The notes under the pieces: generated by a model
What the model was told of the DNA's origin: nothing
The model's database searches: none
What the model saw: only the letters and a program-made list of their open reading frames with translations
In this document: piece after piece, positions 19,515 through 29,109 of the stretch
Layout: every line of letters begins with the position of its first letter
Position numbering within the stretch: position 1 is the stretch's first letter
Assembly: GCA_963764165.1 (NCBI GenBank)
Contig: CAVXRD010000001.1
Span: forward strand, 1,536,001 to 1,600,000
Direction: 5' to 3'
DNA from: an uncultured Verrucomicrobiae bacterium
GTDB taxonomy: Bacteria; Verrucomicrobiota; Verrucomicrobiia; Limisphaerales; Palsa-1400
DNA: 64,000 nucleotides
Program-made: the position numbers and the translations under genes

Positions 19515-20798
19515 ATGAATCTAAATACCCCCATCGTGATCGGTGAGCGTGACGGCTGGGGTGACTCACACCCTTTCGGCATTTCGGCTGGGGATCATTG
19601 CCACCATATATATATTATTGGCAAAACCGGCTCAGGCAAAACAACATTGCTCCGCAACTTGCTTATTCAGCATATTGCACTTGGTCATGGGGTCGCGTTG
19701 ATTGATCCCCACGGCGATCTTGCCGAGGAATTGTTGAATCACATACCACCTGATCGAACCGACCATCTGGTATATTTCAATCCAGGTGATCTTGAATTTC
19801 CCGTTGGCCTGAATTTGCTGGCGAACGTGGAGCAGGACGACCGTCATCTTGTCGCATCTGGGATTGTCGGCGCTTTCAAAAACATCTGGCGTGATTCATG
19901 GGGTCCGCGCATGGAATATATTTTTTACAATGCCGTGGCCGCGCTGTTGGATTGTCCCAACACGACCCTTTTGGGCGTAAACCGGATGCTCACCGACGAA
20001 ACATATAGGGCATGGGTCATCCGGCAGATCAAAGACCCGTTCATCAAGGCATTTTGGTCGGAGGAATTTGCAAGCTATGACCCGCGCTTTCAGCGCGAAG
20101 CCATCGCCCCGATCCAGAACAAGCTGGGCCAGTTTCTTTTGAATCCAGTCATCAGAAACATTTTGGGCCAGGTCAAAACAAAAGTGAGCATTCCGTTTAC
20201 GATGGATCATGGACGCATTTTCATTGCCAATCTCTCCAAAGGCCGCCTGGGCCATGACAAGGCGAACCTGCTTGGTTCCCTCTTGACCACGCAATTCCAG
20301 TTGGCGGCAATGGCCCGCGCCAAAATCCCAGAATCCCAACGGCGTCCTTTTTTCCTTTATATCGACGAATTTCAAAACTTCTCTACCGACGCCTTCGCAT
20401 CCATTTTGGCCGAAGCCCGCAAATATCGACTCTGTCTGACAATCTCCCACCAATACATTGACCAACTCACGCTGCCGGTCCGCCAAGCGGTGTTTGGGAA
20501 CGTGGGCACCCTGATTTCCTTCCGTGTCGGATATGCGGACGCGGAGGTCTTGGAAAAGGAATTTGGCAATGCTTTTCCCCCAAGTGCTCTTGCCGACCTT
20601 GGGCGTTATGAGGCAGTTGTGAAATTGCTTGAGAACGGAGCAAACCGGGAACCGTTTCGGGCGAAAACCGTTGCTCCACTAGAAAACCGAATGGGCCGAA
20701 AAGACAAACTCATCGCCCGGTCACGGGAGCGGTTTGCAACTCTGCGAATCAGTATCGAAGAAAAGTTGAATCGCTGGATCGAAACGCATTCCTTTTGA
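19515..20798 (+). CDS. VirD4/TraD/TrwB-like coupling ATPase, no TM segment
   Basis: HIYIIGKTGSGKT, IDPHGDL, LYIDEFQNF, EARKY, HQY..QL, GNVGT. Confidence 0.9.
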   Translation: MNLNTPIVIGERDGWGDSHPFGISAGDHCHHIYIIGKTGSGKTTLLRNLLIQHIALGHGVALIDPHGDLAEELLNHIPPDRTDHLVYFNPGDLEFPVGLNLLANVEQDDRHLVASGIVGAFKNIWRDSWGPRMEYIFYNAVAALLDCPNTTLLGVNRMLTDETYRAWVIRQIKDPFIKAFWSEEFASYDPRFQREAIAPIQNKLGQFLLNPVIRNILGQVKTKVSIPFTMDHGRIFIANLSKGRLGHDKANLLGSLLTTQFQLAAMARAKIPESQRRPFFLYIDEFQNFSTDAFASILAEARKYRLCLTISHQYIDQLTLPVRQAVFGNVGTLISFRVGYADAEVLEKEFGNAFPPSALADLGRYEAVVKLLENGANREPFRAKTVAPLENRMGRKDKLIARSRERFATLRISIEEKLNRWIETHSF

Positions 20799-20805
20799 AG
20801 GCCGG

Positions 20806-21258
20806 TCATCCCGAACTCCGACAGGATTCCACGAAGGCAACGAAATCATCGTTCTGAAACACTTTCGATTTTTCCCAAACAGCGTGCGGAATCGGGAGCG
20901 AAAAGAATGCGCAGACATCCCGTTGCAAACCTTCCTGTCGAATAACGAGTTCATCCTTAAGCGATTCGTATACGCTGCTCAGATGGAGCACGACCATAGT
21001 GACGAATTCGTGCTCCCCGGGACTGATGGGGATTCTTGACAGATCAGCAGAACTGTCAAGAACTCGCGCGAGTTCCGGGTGGCGGAAGAATTCTCGCCAC
21101 ACGTCCCGATGATTCGATGTCAGGGCGATGAGATTTGCGACTCGCTGCGTCTTGGTTGCGGATCGTAGCGAGCTTGCGGTAAGAAAAAGACCGCCGACCA
21201 CTCCAACGGCGTTTAACAGTGTCACCCAATTGTCGGCTATCCAGCGGGGGCCTTCCAT
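20806..21258 (-). CDS. Hypothetical protein with N-terminal TM helix (DUF6082-like)
   Basis: One hydrophobic helix then helical domain ending W...F..FV; family resemblance from memory only. Confidence 0.55.
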   Translation of the reverse strand: MEGPRWIADNWVTLLNAVGVVGGLFLTASSLRSATKTQRVANLIALTSNHRDVWREFFRHPELARVLDSSADLSRIPISPGEHEFVTMVVLHLSSVYESLKDELVIRQEGLQRDVCAFFSLPIPHAVWEKSKVFQNDDFVAFVESCRSSG

Positions 21259-21298
21259 CGCCCCATGCTAGCACGCGTGAAAGAAGGCAGCAACGAGG

Positions 21299-21541
21299 TC
21301 AGAGCCGGTCGGGAATATCCGATTTGGCGAGCACAAGCGTCTTACGAGGAATTCTTACCATCCGCTCGTCGGGTCCACAGCCAGCGGAAGGCGGGAGCGC
21401 CCCTGCCAAATTGGTGATGTCAATGCCGATGACGGCAAAATCGCCGCCTTCGAGTTCCCAAATATCCGGGCACCCATGACAACCGACGCTTTTTGCGCCA
21501 TTCTCGTGCGGATCAGGGCCAATGCGTTTGATAAAAGTCAT
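21299..21541 (-). CDS. Small Cys-containing protein (CxxCPDIWEL..GDFAVIG)
   Basis: Resembles small CP-x-x-Y/W...V-x-G proteins found next to XRE regulators. Confidence 0.6.
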   Translation of the reverse strand: MTFIKRIGPDPHENGAKSVGCHGCPDIWELEGGDFAVIGIDITNLAGALPPSAGCGPDERMVRIPRKTLVLAKSDIPDRL

Positions 21542-21601
21542 GCGTCACTTCTAACTATAGTGAGATGCGTTGTCAAACTCTTTTGCGGCTAGTTTTCCAC
21601 G

Positions 21602-21871
21602 GTGGTAACCGACAAATCGCAGCAGGCCGTTTGCTCCCGTGTCGCGCATCTTTTGCGGCAGGAACGAGAGAGGCGCGGCCTATCCATGAATCTGGTGGCC
21701 GAGCGAGCGGGTTTATCCCAGCAAATGGTGAGCTACGTTGAACGCGGAATGCGCAACCCCACCTTGGAAACGCTCTTGCGTATCGCCGCCGCGATGGAGA
21801 TCAACCTCTCGGAGATACTCAATCAAGCAATGATAGAGACTCGGAAAGTTGCCGCAAAGCGCAAAGCCTAA
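21602..21871 (+). CDS. XRE-family HTH regulator
   Basis: RERRGLSMNLVAERAGLSQQMVSYVERGMRNPTL. Confidence 0.9.
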   Translation: MVTDKSQQAVCSRVAHLLRQERERRGLSMNLVAERAGLSQQMVSYVERGMRNPTLETLLRIAAAMEINLSEILNQAMIETRKVAAKRKA

Positions 21872-21909
21872 CGGCTTCCCCGCCTGTCCTCGCCTGATAT
21901 TCTGGACGG

Positions 21910-22821
21910 ATGTCATCCCGACGTCCTCCACGTTTCAAACGCACACCCACGGTTGCCCCGATGGAGCTTACGGAACGAGATCGTGCGATCATCCGGTTGA
22001 TCTATCGGCACCGCTTTTTGCGTTCATCCCACATCGTCTCGCTCATGGGCGGCAGCCGACAGCAGATTTTACGGAGATTGCAATTGATGTATCACCACGG
22101 ATTTCTGGACCGGCCACGCATTCAGATTGAATACTATTATCAGGGCGGCTCCCGGCAGATCGTTTACGGTCTTGGAAAGAAAGGTCGTTCTCTTCTGAAA
22201 CAGGAAGCCAATACGGAATCCCCATCTTTCCAATTTGAGGGGAACATCAGTCTGCCCCACCGAGTCTTCTTTGAGCACGCCGTTCTGGTGTCCGACATTA
22301 TGGTGGCCATTGAACTAGCCTGCCGCAAAGTGCAGGGTGTCCATCTGCTTATGGGAGAGGAATTGCCCCTTGCCGGTGGTGTCCACCGGAAACTCAAATG
22401 GAGGGTCAAAGTGAACAGGCGGGTGTTGCCCTATATCATACCTGACAGGGTGTTTGCGCTCATTTTCAAGGAGTCCCCCGACCAATCTCCCGGCCTCTTT
22501 TTCCTCGAAGCCGACCGGGGAACCATGCCCATTGTCCGCCAAAATCTCTCCCAATCCTCCTTTTACCGGAAGCTCTTGGCATATGAGTCCACATGGACAC
22601 AAGGATTGCACCGCACGCGGTTTGGATACCACCGCTTCCGGGTCCTCACCGTGACCACGAGCGCCGCGCGGGCGGAGTCGCTTGTGGCGGCATGTTCGCA
22701 GTTGAAAAGTGGACATGGCCTGTTTCTCTTTGCCGACCAGGCGGCACTCAAAAGGCACGGCGATATTTTGACGTTTTCGTGGAAAACCGGCAGAGGCGAG
22801 ACAGCCAAGATATTGCCGTAA
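21910..22821 (+). CDS. Replication-relaxation (Replic_Relax) family protein, putative relaxase
   Basis: LTERDRAII..HRFL, EHAVLVSD, IPD, FLEADRGTM, RKLLAY, FRVLTVT. Confidence 0.85.
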   Translation: MSSRRPPRFKRTPTVAPMELTERDRAIIRLIYRHRFLRSSHIVSLMGGSRQQILRRLQLMYHHGFLDRPRIQIEYYYQGGSRQIVYGLGKKGRSLLKQEANTESPSFQFEGNISLPHRVFFEHAVLVSDIMVAIELACRKVQGVHLLMGEELPLAGGVHRKLKWRVKVNRRVLPYIIPDRVFALIFKESPDQSPGLFFLEADRGTMPIVRQNLSQSSFYRKLLAYESTWTQGLHRTRFGYHRFRVLTVTTSAARAESLVAACSQLKSGHGLFLFADQAALKRHGDILTFSWKTGRGETAKILP

Positions 22822-22829
22822 ACGGCAAA
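22812..22829. repeat. Palindrome ATTGCCG-TAAA-CGGCAAA (no AAGACT) overlapping relaxase stop
   Basis: gatattgccg.aaacggcaaa matches 7141-7161 at 20 of 21 positions. Confidence 0.75.
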
Positions 22830-22945
22830 CCACACAGTCTATTAGAGAGTCATCACACGGCATACGATATTCCCCAGAGACGGTTCATTTCGTGAGCCGC
22901 ACTTAGTTCTTCATTAGTTCGTTGACAATTAACCCAAGGAATATC

Positions 22946-23974
22946 ATGCCAAAAACAAAGTTCGTTGACTTCAAGGCTGTCAAATCGGCCATCACCATGG
23001 AGCAGGTGCTCCGTCACTACAAATTGTTTGATACGTTCAAGCAAAGCGGTGACAGCCTCAGCGGTCCTTGCCCCATCCACAAAGGTTCAAATCCAACGCA
23101 GTTTCGAGTGAGCATTTCCAAGAATGTGTGGAATTGCTTTTCGGAATGCAAACATGGTGGTAACACTCTCGACTTCATCGCCAGGATGGACAACGTAAGC
23201 ATCCACGCAGCGGCGCTTCGAGCCGTCGAATGGTTCAACCTCGACTCTGATTCCATGGCCACGGATTCCCCACAGGAACCCGATGAATCCAATGGCAGAT
23301 CGTATTCCGCAGAGAGCCCACGTCCGCGTCCGGCCTCAAGCACGCCAGTATTAGACAATGTCCCGCCGAACAAGCCATTGAAATTCAAGTTGGACAAATT
23401 GGACCAGAATCATCCCTCGCTTGCGGAGCGCAAACTGACGCCTGAAACCGTGAGTGATTTCGGAATCGGATTTTGCACCAAGGGCATGATGGCGGACCGA
23501 ATTGCCATCCCCATCCGCAATCCGGAAGGAGCAGTCGTGGCCTACGCAGGGCGTTGGCCAGGAGAACCAGCAGAAGATACGCCCAAATACAAGCTGCCGC
23601 AGGGTTTCCGCAAATCGCTGGAGCTATTCAATATAGACAGAGCGATAAAGGAACCGAGCGAGTTGCCTCTCGTCATCGTCGAAGGATTCTTTGGCACAAT
23701 GACACTTCATCAGCTTGGTATTCGGAAGGTCGTTGCACTCATGGGCAGCACCATGTCCGCAGCCCAGGAAGAATTGATACGGAAGCATACCAAGGCCAAC
23801 AGCCAGGCCATCGTCATGCTTGACGAGGACGATGCCGGTCGGGCGGGACGCGAGGACATCGCAGTTCGCCTCTCCAAATTCCTCTTCGTAAAGGTTCATG
23901 CCTTTGCCGAGGAAGGACGACAACCGGAGAGTATCAGCGCGGAAGAATTACATTCCATATATCCAGAGGCTTAA
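22946..23974 (+). CDS. DnaG-like primase (CHC2 zinc finger + Toprim), element-encoded
   Basis: CPIH..CFSEC, RIAIPI..YAGR, PKY, VEGFFG, LDEDDAG. Confidence 0.88.
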   Translation: MPKTKFVDFKAVKSAITMEQVLRHYKLFDTFKQSGDSLSGPCPIHKGSNPTQFRVSISKNVWNCFSECKHGGNTLDFIARMDNVSIHAAALRAVEWFNLDSDSMATDSPQEPDESNGRSYSAESPRPRPASSTPVLDNVPPNKPLKFKLDKLDQNHPSLAERKLTPETVSDFGIGFCTKGMMADRIAIPIRNPEGAVVAYAGRWPGEPAEDTPKYKLPQGFRKSLELFNIDRAIKEPSELPLVIVEGFFGTMTLHQLGIRKVVALMGSTMSAAQEELIRKHTKANSQAIVMLDEDDAGRAGREDIAVRLSKFLFVKVHAFAEEGRQPESISAEELHSIYPEA

Positions 23975-23977
23975 TCC

Positions 23978-24304
23978 ATGGACGTATATTGTTCCACCTG
24001 TAACGAACCATGGGACACGTATCATCTCTGGCAGGACGCCATTTTTGACGTGTTGCCACACGACGAGGCCAAAGCCTGGTGTTCACTTCCCCGCGAAAAA
24101 AAGCTCACGCCGAAATATCGGGAGCAATTCCGAGCCGCCGGCTGGGTCTTCGGTGAGTCCATCATCAACGTCATACGCTGCCCAGGTTGTGTCGAGAATG
24201 CGAAGGCGAATCGGGAGAAACTCGAAACCAAAGCAGCCATCGAGAAACTCTTGGGCGATGACGAGGATGGCCTCGCCGCCGCCTTCGAGGAGTTCGGGCT
24301 ATGA
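23978..24304 (+). CDS. Small Zn-finger hypothetical protein
   Basis: CSTC..EPWD..CPGC; coupled to the next gene. Confidence 0.7.
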   Translation: MDVYCSTCNEPWDTYHLWQDAIFDVLPHDEAKAWCSLPREKKLTPKYREQFRAAGWVFGESIINVIRCPGCVENAKANREKLETKAAIEKLLGDDEDGLAAAFEEFGL

Positions 24305-25221
24305 ACGCCACCTGTAACGGCGATCATCTCGCCGCTCTGCGTCACGCAATCACGACTGCCACCGCCAAAAAGCCCACACCGCTTACGTCCCCGCTTCAAT
24401 TACAGCACGGGTGGCTCGTGCCGCTGATGCTCGATATTGACGCCTTTCTGTGGCGGCGGTGGACGCATTGGTGCGAAACAACGACCGCCGGGCACATCAT
24501 CGCTGCCATTCCCACGATTGAATGGCAGCGGCATCAGGCAGGGTTCGCAATGCTCGACCGGACACTGTGCGCCGTCACTGGCGACGGAGACTGGCGCGGA
24601 TGGAGCAGTTGGTCGTCCTTCGATTACTTCATGGATTGGCTTCTGTTTGCGTTCGGGCATCGAGGCCAACCGGAGTTGCCGCAGGAACCGTCCGGTTCTC
24701 CAGGAGCAAGCGAGCGCCTGTATCAAACGTTCAACTTGGAAACACTGCTTGCCTTCCCCTACGACTACTTCGGCGAGATTCTCGCCGAAAATCGCCATGG
24801 CCGACATCTCGGCTTCTATCCAACCCCGATGCACGTCTCGACCTTAATGGCCGAGATGACCTTGGGTGAGGAAGATGCCAGAGACAAAACGGTGTGCGAT
24901 CCATGTGTCGGCACCGGTCGAATGCTCCTTGCAGCATCCAACCGTTCCTACCGGCTATATGGTTGCGACATCAATCCAACCGTTATCAAGGCCACGCTCG
25001 TCAATGGCTACCTCTACGCCCCGTGGCTTGTCCGGCCATTTCCGTTTCTCGACGGAATACTCTGCGATCCCGCAGAGAGCTTAGCCGTAAGCGACTCGAT
25101 TGCGGCGCAGGGTAATGCTCAAAACACCGAGCATGACGCTCGCGAGCAGTGGAAGTTTGAGCCGATCAAGAAACGGCGCATCGCCGGCGAGCCGATGACA
25201 GAACAAGGCATCTTGTTCTAA
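24301..25221 (+). CDS. N-6 DNA methylase-like protein lacking a clear NPPY catalytic motif
   Basis: GFYPTP, DPCVGTGRML, YGCDIN present; no (N/D)PP(Y/F). Confidence 0.7.
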   Translation: MNATCNGDHLAALRHAITTATAKKPTPLTSPLQLQHGWLVPLMLDIDAFLWRRWTHWCETTTAGHIIAAIPTIEWQRHQAGFAMLDRTLCAVTGDGDWRGWSSWSSFDYFMDWLLFAFGHRGQPELPQEPSGSPGASERLYQTFNLETLLAFPYDYFGEILAENRHGRHLGFYPTPMHVSTLMAEMTLGEEDARDKTVCDPCVGTGRMLLAASNRSYRLYGCDINPTVIKATLVNGYLYAPWLVRPFPFLDGILCDPAESLAVSDSIAAQGNAQNTEHDAREQWKFEPIKKRRIAGEPMTEQGILF

Positions 25222-25393
25222 CTCAGCACACAACCTCTCTCATTGCGAGGGAGGTTGCCTTTTTCCCCACACGGCGCTTTGGCGCGCCGTTCAATTTCTC
25301 GCTGGAAAACAAAGCGCCGTCCACGCCCCCAGTGAGAGTTACCAAACCAGAGGCAGCCTGTTTGCGCAGGCGGACGGCCAGATTGAGAGTTAC

Positions 25394-26704
25394 ATGAAAA
25401 ATGACGTATATCAAATCATTACGGACAAGATCATCCAATTGTTAGAGTCAGGCACCGTTCCGTGGCGAAGGCCATGGAACGGTGGGTATCGGCCTCCCCG
25501 AAACTTCATGAGTCGTAAGGTCTATCGAGGAATCAATCTGTTCCTCCTGGACTCCACGGGGTTTGCCTCGCCCTTCTGGCTGACGTTTAAGCAGGTTGAA
25601 TCGTTGAACGGTCGGATAAAAAAAGGCGAAAAATCGCTTCCGGTTGTCTTCTGGAAAATTCTTGAGGACGTAGATAACGGCGAAACCAGAAAGATTCCGT
25701 TTCTGCGCTATCATCGCGTGTTCAACGTCCTGCAATGCGAAGGAATCACAGTTCCAACCCCGCCGATGGTCAACGGGACATTTCAGCCCATCGAACGATG
25801 CGAGGATGTCGTTGCCAACATGCCTCACCGCCCGGCGATTGAACACGGAGGCGGACGCGCCTGCTATTCCCCTCAACGGGATGCCGTGAGCATTCCAGAA
25901 GCAAGTCTCTTTGAATCGCCTCAGGCGTTTTACGGAACCTTGTTCCACGAATTGACGCATTCCACAGGGCATGTGTCACGGTTGAACCGCAAGGAGGTTG
26001 CCAACCCAAGTGATTTTGGCAGCGATCTCTACAGCCGCGAAGAATTGGTAGCGGAAATGGGTGCGGCATTCCTCTCACGCCATTGCGAAATTGAGCATAC
26101 GACGTTGGATCAATCGGCCAGCTATATTCAAAATTGGCTGGAGCGATTGAAGGAAGACCGCAAACTCGTCGTTCATGCAGCCGCGCAGGCCCAAAAAGCC
26201 TGCGATTTCATCCTCGATATAAAACCCGAGGACGAAGGGCCGATTCAAGAGCAACCCAAGGAGTTCAAGGTGGTGGCGCTACGCGAATGCGCGACGCCGG
26301 AAAACATGCACATCTGCGACACGCCACAGCTTGCCGCCGATTACTGGAAGCTGCATATCGCCACTTCGGTTCAGTTCAATTCTGAATGTGAGTGCTTGGT
26401 AGTGCTGCTTTTGAACACCCGTCGCCGGGTCAAGGGCCATTACATCGTATCCACCGGAACGCTGGACGCCGTATTCGTCCATTGCCGAGACGTATTCCGA
26501 ACTGCAATTATTGGCGCAGCCTCGGCCATCGTGATTATGCACCACCACCCAAGTGGCGAGCCACAGCCGTCCGAAGCCGACATCAAAGTTACCCGCGATT
26601 TGATCCGAGCCGGTAAACTTCTAAAAATCGAGGTTATGGATCATGTCATCATTGGAAATCCGACCCATTGTTCTTTGCGAGAGCTTGGCTATTTTTATAG
26701 CTAA
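25394..26704 (+). CDS. ardC: ArdC (ssDNA-binding + zincin-like) fused to RadC/JAB domain
   Basis: DVYQIITDKII..VPW, YRGIN, WLTFKQ, VFN, HELTHSTGH, EELVAE; then GTLD..VHCRDVF, HHHPSG..PSEAD, DHVIIG. Confidence 0.9.
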   Translation: MKNDVYQIITDKIIQLLESGTVPWRRPWNGGYRPPRNFMSRKVYRGINLFLLDSTGFASPFWLTFKQVESLNGRIKKGEKSLPVVFWKILEDVDNGETRKIPFLRYHRVFNVLQCEGITVPTPPMVNGTFQPIERCEDVVANMPHRPAIEHGGGRACYSPQRDAVSIPEASLFESPQAFYGTLFHELTHSTGHVSRLNRKEVANPSDFGSDLYSREELVAEMGAAFLSRHCEIEHTTLDQSASYIQNWLERLKEDRKLVVHAAAQAQKACDFILDIKPEDEGPIQEQPKEFKVVALRECATPENMHICDTPQLAADYWKLHIATSVQFNSECECLVVLLLNTRRRVKGHYIVSTGTLDAVFVHCRDVFRTAIIGAASAIVIMHHHPSGEPQPSEADIKVTRDLIRAGKLLKIEVMDHVIIGNPTHCSLRELGYFYS

Positions 26705-26709
26705 AAAAC

Positions 26710-26743
26710 AACCCCGACCAGACTTGGCCGGGGCTTTTATTTT
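26710..26743. terminator. Intrinsic (possibly bidirectional) terminator
   Basis: ccccgacca-gact-tggccgggg hairpin followed by T-rich run and preceded by A-run, between convergent genes. Confidence 0.65.
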
Positions 26744-26798
26744 ACGGGCGTATCCATCCACGACAAGCAATTCACTTTATTTTTGGCGGCGGAAGAAT

Positions 26799-27710
26799 TC
26801 ACCCGACGGTTCCTTGGACTAATCTTTGCATGAAATCGCACACTCGATCAAAAACCCCTACGGCCTCTGACGCTTTATATGAACTGCGGGTGTGCATTGT
26901 GTTGTTTCTCCAATTCTGCCGAAAAACATTCATTTCATCTGTAATCGCTCTGTAAAAATCCAGCTTCTTGAATTCTCCCTTTTTCTTCCTTTTGCTTTTG
27001 TCATACTTTTGCTGGCGTAATTCGATTTTGGCTCTTATGGCCTTAATCAACGTTCCCCAGTCGGCAGACTCTAAGGTTCGATTTCTTATTTTTACACCCA
27101 AGTGGTTAGCCAAAGACCTCATTCCGTGCTCCACTGTTCGCATTAGATGGAAAACCGCCGCCGTATTAAGATCAGCTGATATGCAATTACCGGCATATTT
27201 TATATCGTCTCTAGCCTCTGGAAACGCCGTATAAACATCGCTCCCAAACAACGCTTCCTTGGCGTCTTTATTAAAATATCTCGCCCTTTCTTTAGGGATG
27301 AAGACAACCACTTTTCCGTTCATCTCCTTTGTTGCAGTGGTAATCAAGTGCCTTAGTAACGCATCCACTGTTTGACAAGTTGAAGGCTCATGGTCGAGTG
27401 CATGACCGAACAATCCCGTTTGGTATTGCGTCTCCTCCAGATCAAGCTGCCCGCCAATGAACTCAAAAGCGCCCACAATTTTTGACAAATGTTGAAAATC
27501 TTGCGGATTCATTGGCTGCGCGTTCGGAGTCCTAGCCGCTTTCGCGTAGCCCTGGGCCGTTGTCTGAATGTCCAGCCACCTCATGCAGACATCTCCCAAA
27601 AAGAATTGATTCATATCCCAGAGGCTTATCACCTTTCGGCCTGAAAACAAGCGCTGGATGGCTTCCTTTTCCAAGCGAATAATCCCGCTTATTTTACGCG
27701 GATTTGCCAC
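26799..27710 (-). CDS. HEPN-domain protein (DUF4145-like); start uncertain
   Basis: AGNCI..TAAVFHLMRTVE and WRNNTMH (RxxxxH). Confidence 0.7.
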   Translation of the reverse strand: MANPRKISGIIRLEKEAIQRLFSGRKVISLWDMNQFFLGDVCMRWLDIQTTAQGYAKAARTPNAQPMNPQDFQHLSKIVGAFEFIGGQLDLEETQYQTGLFGHALDHEPSTCQTVDALLRHLITTATKEMNGKVVVFIPKERARYFNKDAKEALFGSDVYTAFPEARDDIKYAGNCISADLNTAAVFHLMRTVEHGMRSLANHLGVKIRNRTLESADWGTLIKAIRAKIELRQQKYDKSKRKKKGEFKKLDFYRAITDEMNVFRQNWRNNTMHTRSSYKASEAVGVFDRVCDFMQRLVQGTVG

Positions 27711-27813
27711 AAATTTTAGTTGAATGGCTGCTTTCTTCTTGCAGAAATTCCTAAACCCTGCGGGAATCAGTGAAGACAGTCAGCACGCAATATAAAAAAT
27801 TATCAATTCAATC

Positions 27814-28581
27814 GTGAGCGAGAACAGCACACCGCCTTCCGCACCGGCACAATCCCGTTTTCTTGCCTTCTTCGACGAATGCGGCGACCACTCGCTCGAA
27901 AAGATTGATCGTGATTTTCCGCTGTTCGTTCTGGCCTTGGTTTTGGTGGAGCGTTCCGTTTATCAGAATCAAGTTTTGACGGAATTCAATAATTTCAAAC
28001 TCCGTTACTTCAATCACGAAGGCATCAATCTCCATAGTCGGGATATTCGGCTTGCCACCGGCCCGTTCTCGCTGCTTCTCAATTCAACAATCCGCCCGAA
28101 ATTCATGGCGGAATTGAGCGGCATCATGGATCGTTTGCCGTTCACTCTTTTCATCTCTGCCATTCAGAAACAAGCCTACTTGGAGCAGCGCGGCGGCGAT
28201 GCGGCGAATCCTTATGACCTGGCCTTGGAATTTACGATGGAGGGATTGTTCCATTTCTTGAACGCCCACGGTGAGAAACATCTGCCCATCATCGCCGAGG
28301 CGCGGGGCAAGCGGGAAGATAATATGTTGGAACAGGTTTTCTCTCGTATGATGGCGACCGGCGCGGCCAACGTCTCGGCGGAGGGTTTCAAACAATTGGA
28401 TTGTCCATTGAGTTTCCAGTCGAAAAAAAATAATATTGTCGGCGTGCAGCTTGCGGACTTATGCGCCCATCCGTGCGCACGGCACATTCTTAATCCGGCA
28501 AAGCAAAACCGGGCATTTGAAATCGTGCGAAAACGCCTTTACGATCAGGATGGCGTCAGCGGATGGAAAGTGTTTCCCTAA
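27814..28581 (+). CDS. DUF3800 domain protein
   Basis: FFDECGDH, LHSRDIR, EARG, QLADLCA. Confidence 0.85.
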   Translation: MSENSTPPSAPAQSRFLAFFDECGDHSLEKIDRDFPLFVLALVLVERSVYQNQVLTEFNNFKLRYFNHEGINLHSRDIRLATGPFSLLLNSTIRPKFMAELSGIMDRLPFTLFISAIQKQAYLEQRGGDAANPYDLALEFTMEGLFHFLNAHGEKHLPIIAEARGKREDNMLEQVFSRMMATGAANVSAEGFKQLDCPLSFQSKKNNIVGVQLADLCAHPCARHILNPAKQNRAFEIVRKRLYDQDGVSGWKVFP

Positions 28582-28645
28582 AATCAAATGGGCATTTCCA
28601 GCTTGCGCGAAGAAATGCCCACCGACCGAGAATTCTCAGTCCGTT
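28582..28645 (+). ncRNA. Candidate DUF3800-associated structured RNA
   Basis: Stem gggcatttc/gaaatgccc followed by ccgaccgagaattctcagtcc directly after the DUF3800 stop; Rfam has DUF3800 RNA motif families. Confidence 0.55.
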
Positions 28646-28931
28646 TTCAGAATAACTCAATCGGCTTGGGTTTGCAACCCCTTATTGCGGAACCGCCGGT
28701 TGGACTGCCGGAGCCGGGGCCTGGCCAATTGCCGCCTGAATTCGCACTGTTAAATTTGACACCCCCCCGCTTGGAGTTGGGCTTTCAGCTTGTCGTTCAT
28801 ATCGGGAAATCTCGGATTGTCACCTAAACACGACAACTCAACATTCCACGATATTCGGGTAGTGGTACAGTTTGAATCCTGAAATCCGACTTTCGACTTG
28901 ATTCCGATCCTCATGGGCGCAAGGTTGCCCC

Positions 28932-29075
28932 ATGCGCAAAGACATCAATCAGACGGCATTTTCAGTGGTGCAACAGGCGACAGCGGAGAAAAAAGCGATC
29001 AAGCCGCGTCCTATAACGGGTTCGAGGGTGGCTGCTTTAGGAAAGAAATCTGTGCCGAAACGCCGAAAGAATTAG
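28932..29075 (+). CDS. Small basic 47-aa protein at the IS left end (missing from ORF track)
   Basis: MRKDINQTAFSVVQQATAE...KKSVPKRRKN; resembles D-x-NQ-x-A small proteins I recall from similar ISs. Confidence 0.5.
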   Translation: MRKDINQTAFSVVQQATAEKKAIKPRPITGSRVAALGKKSVPKRRKN

Positions 29076-29109
29076 CCTGAGTCCTGAAAACGCTGGCCAC
29101 GACTGCACT

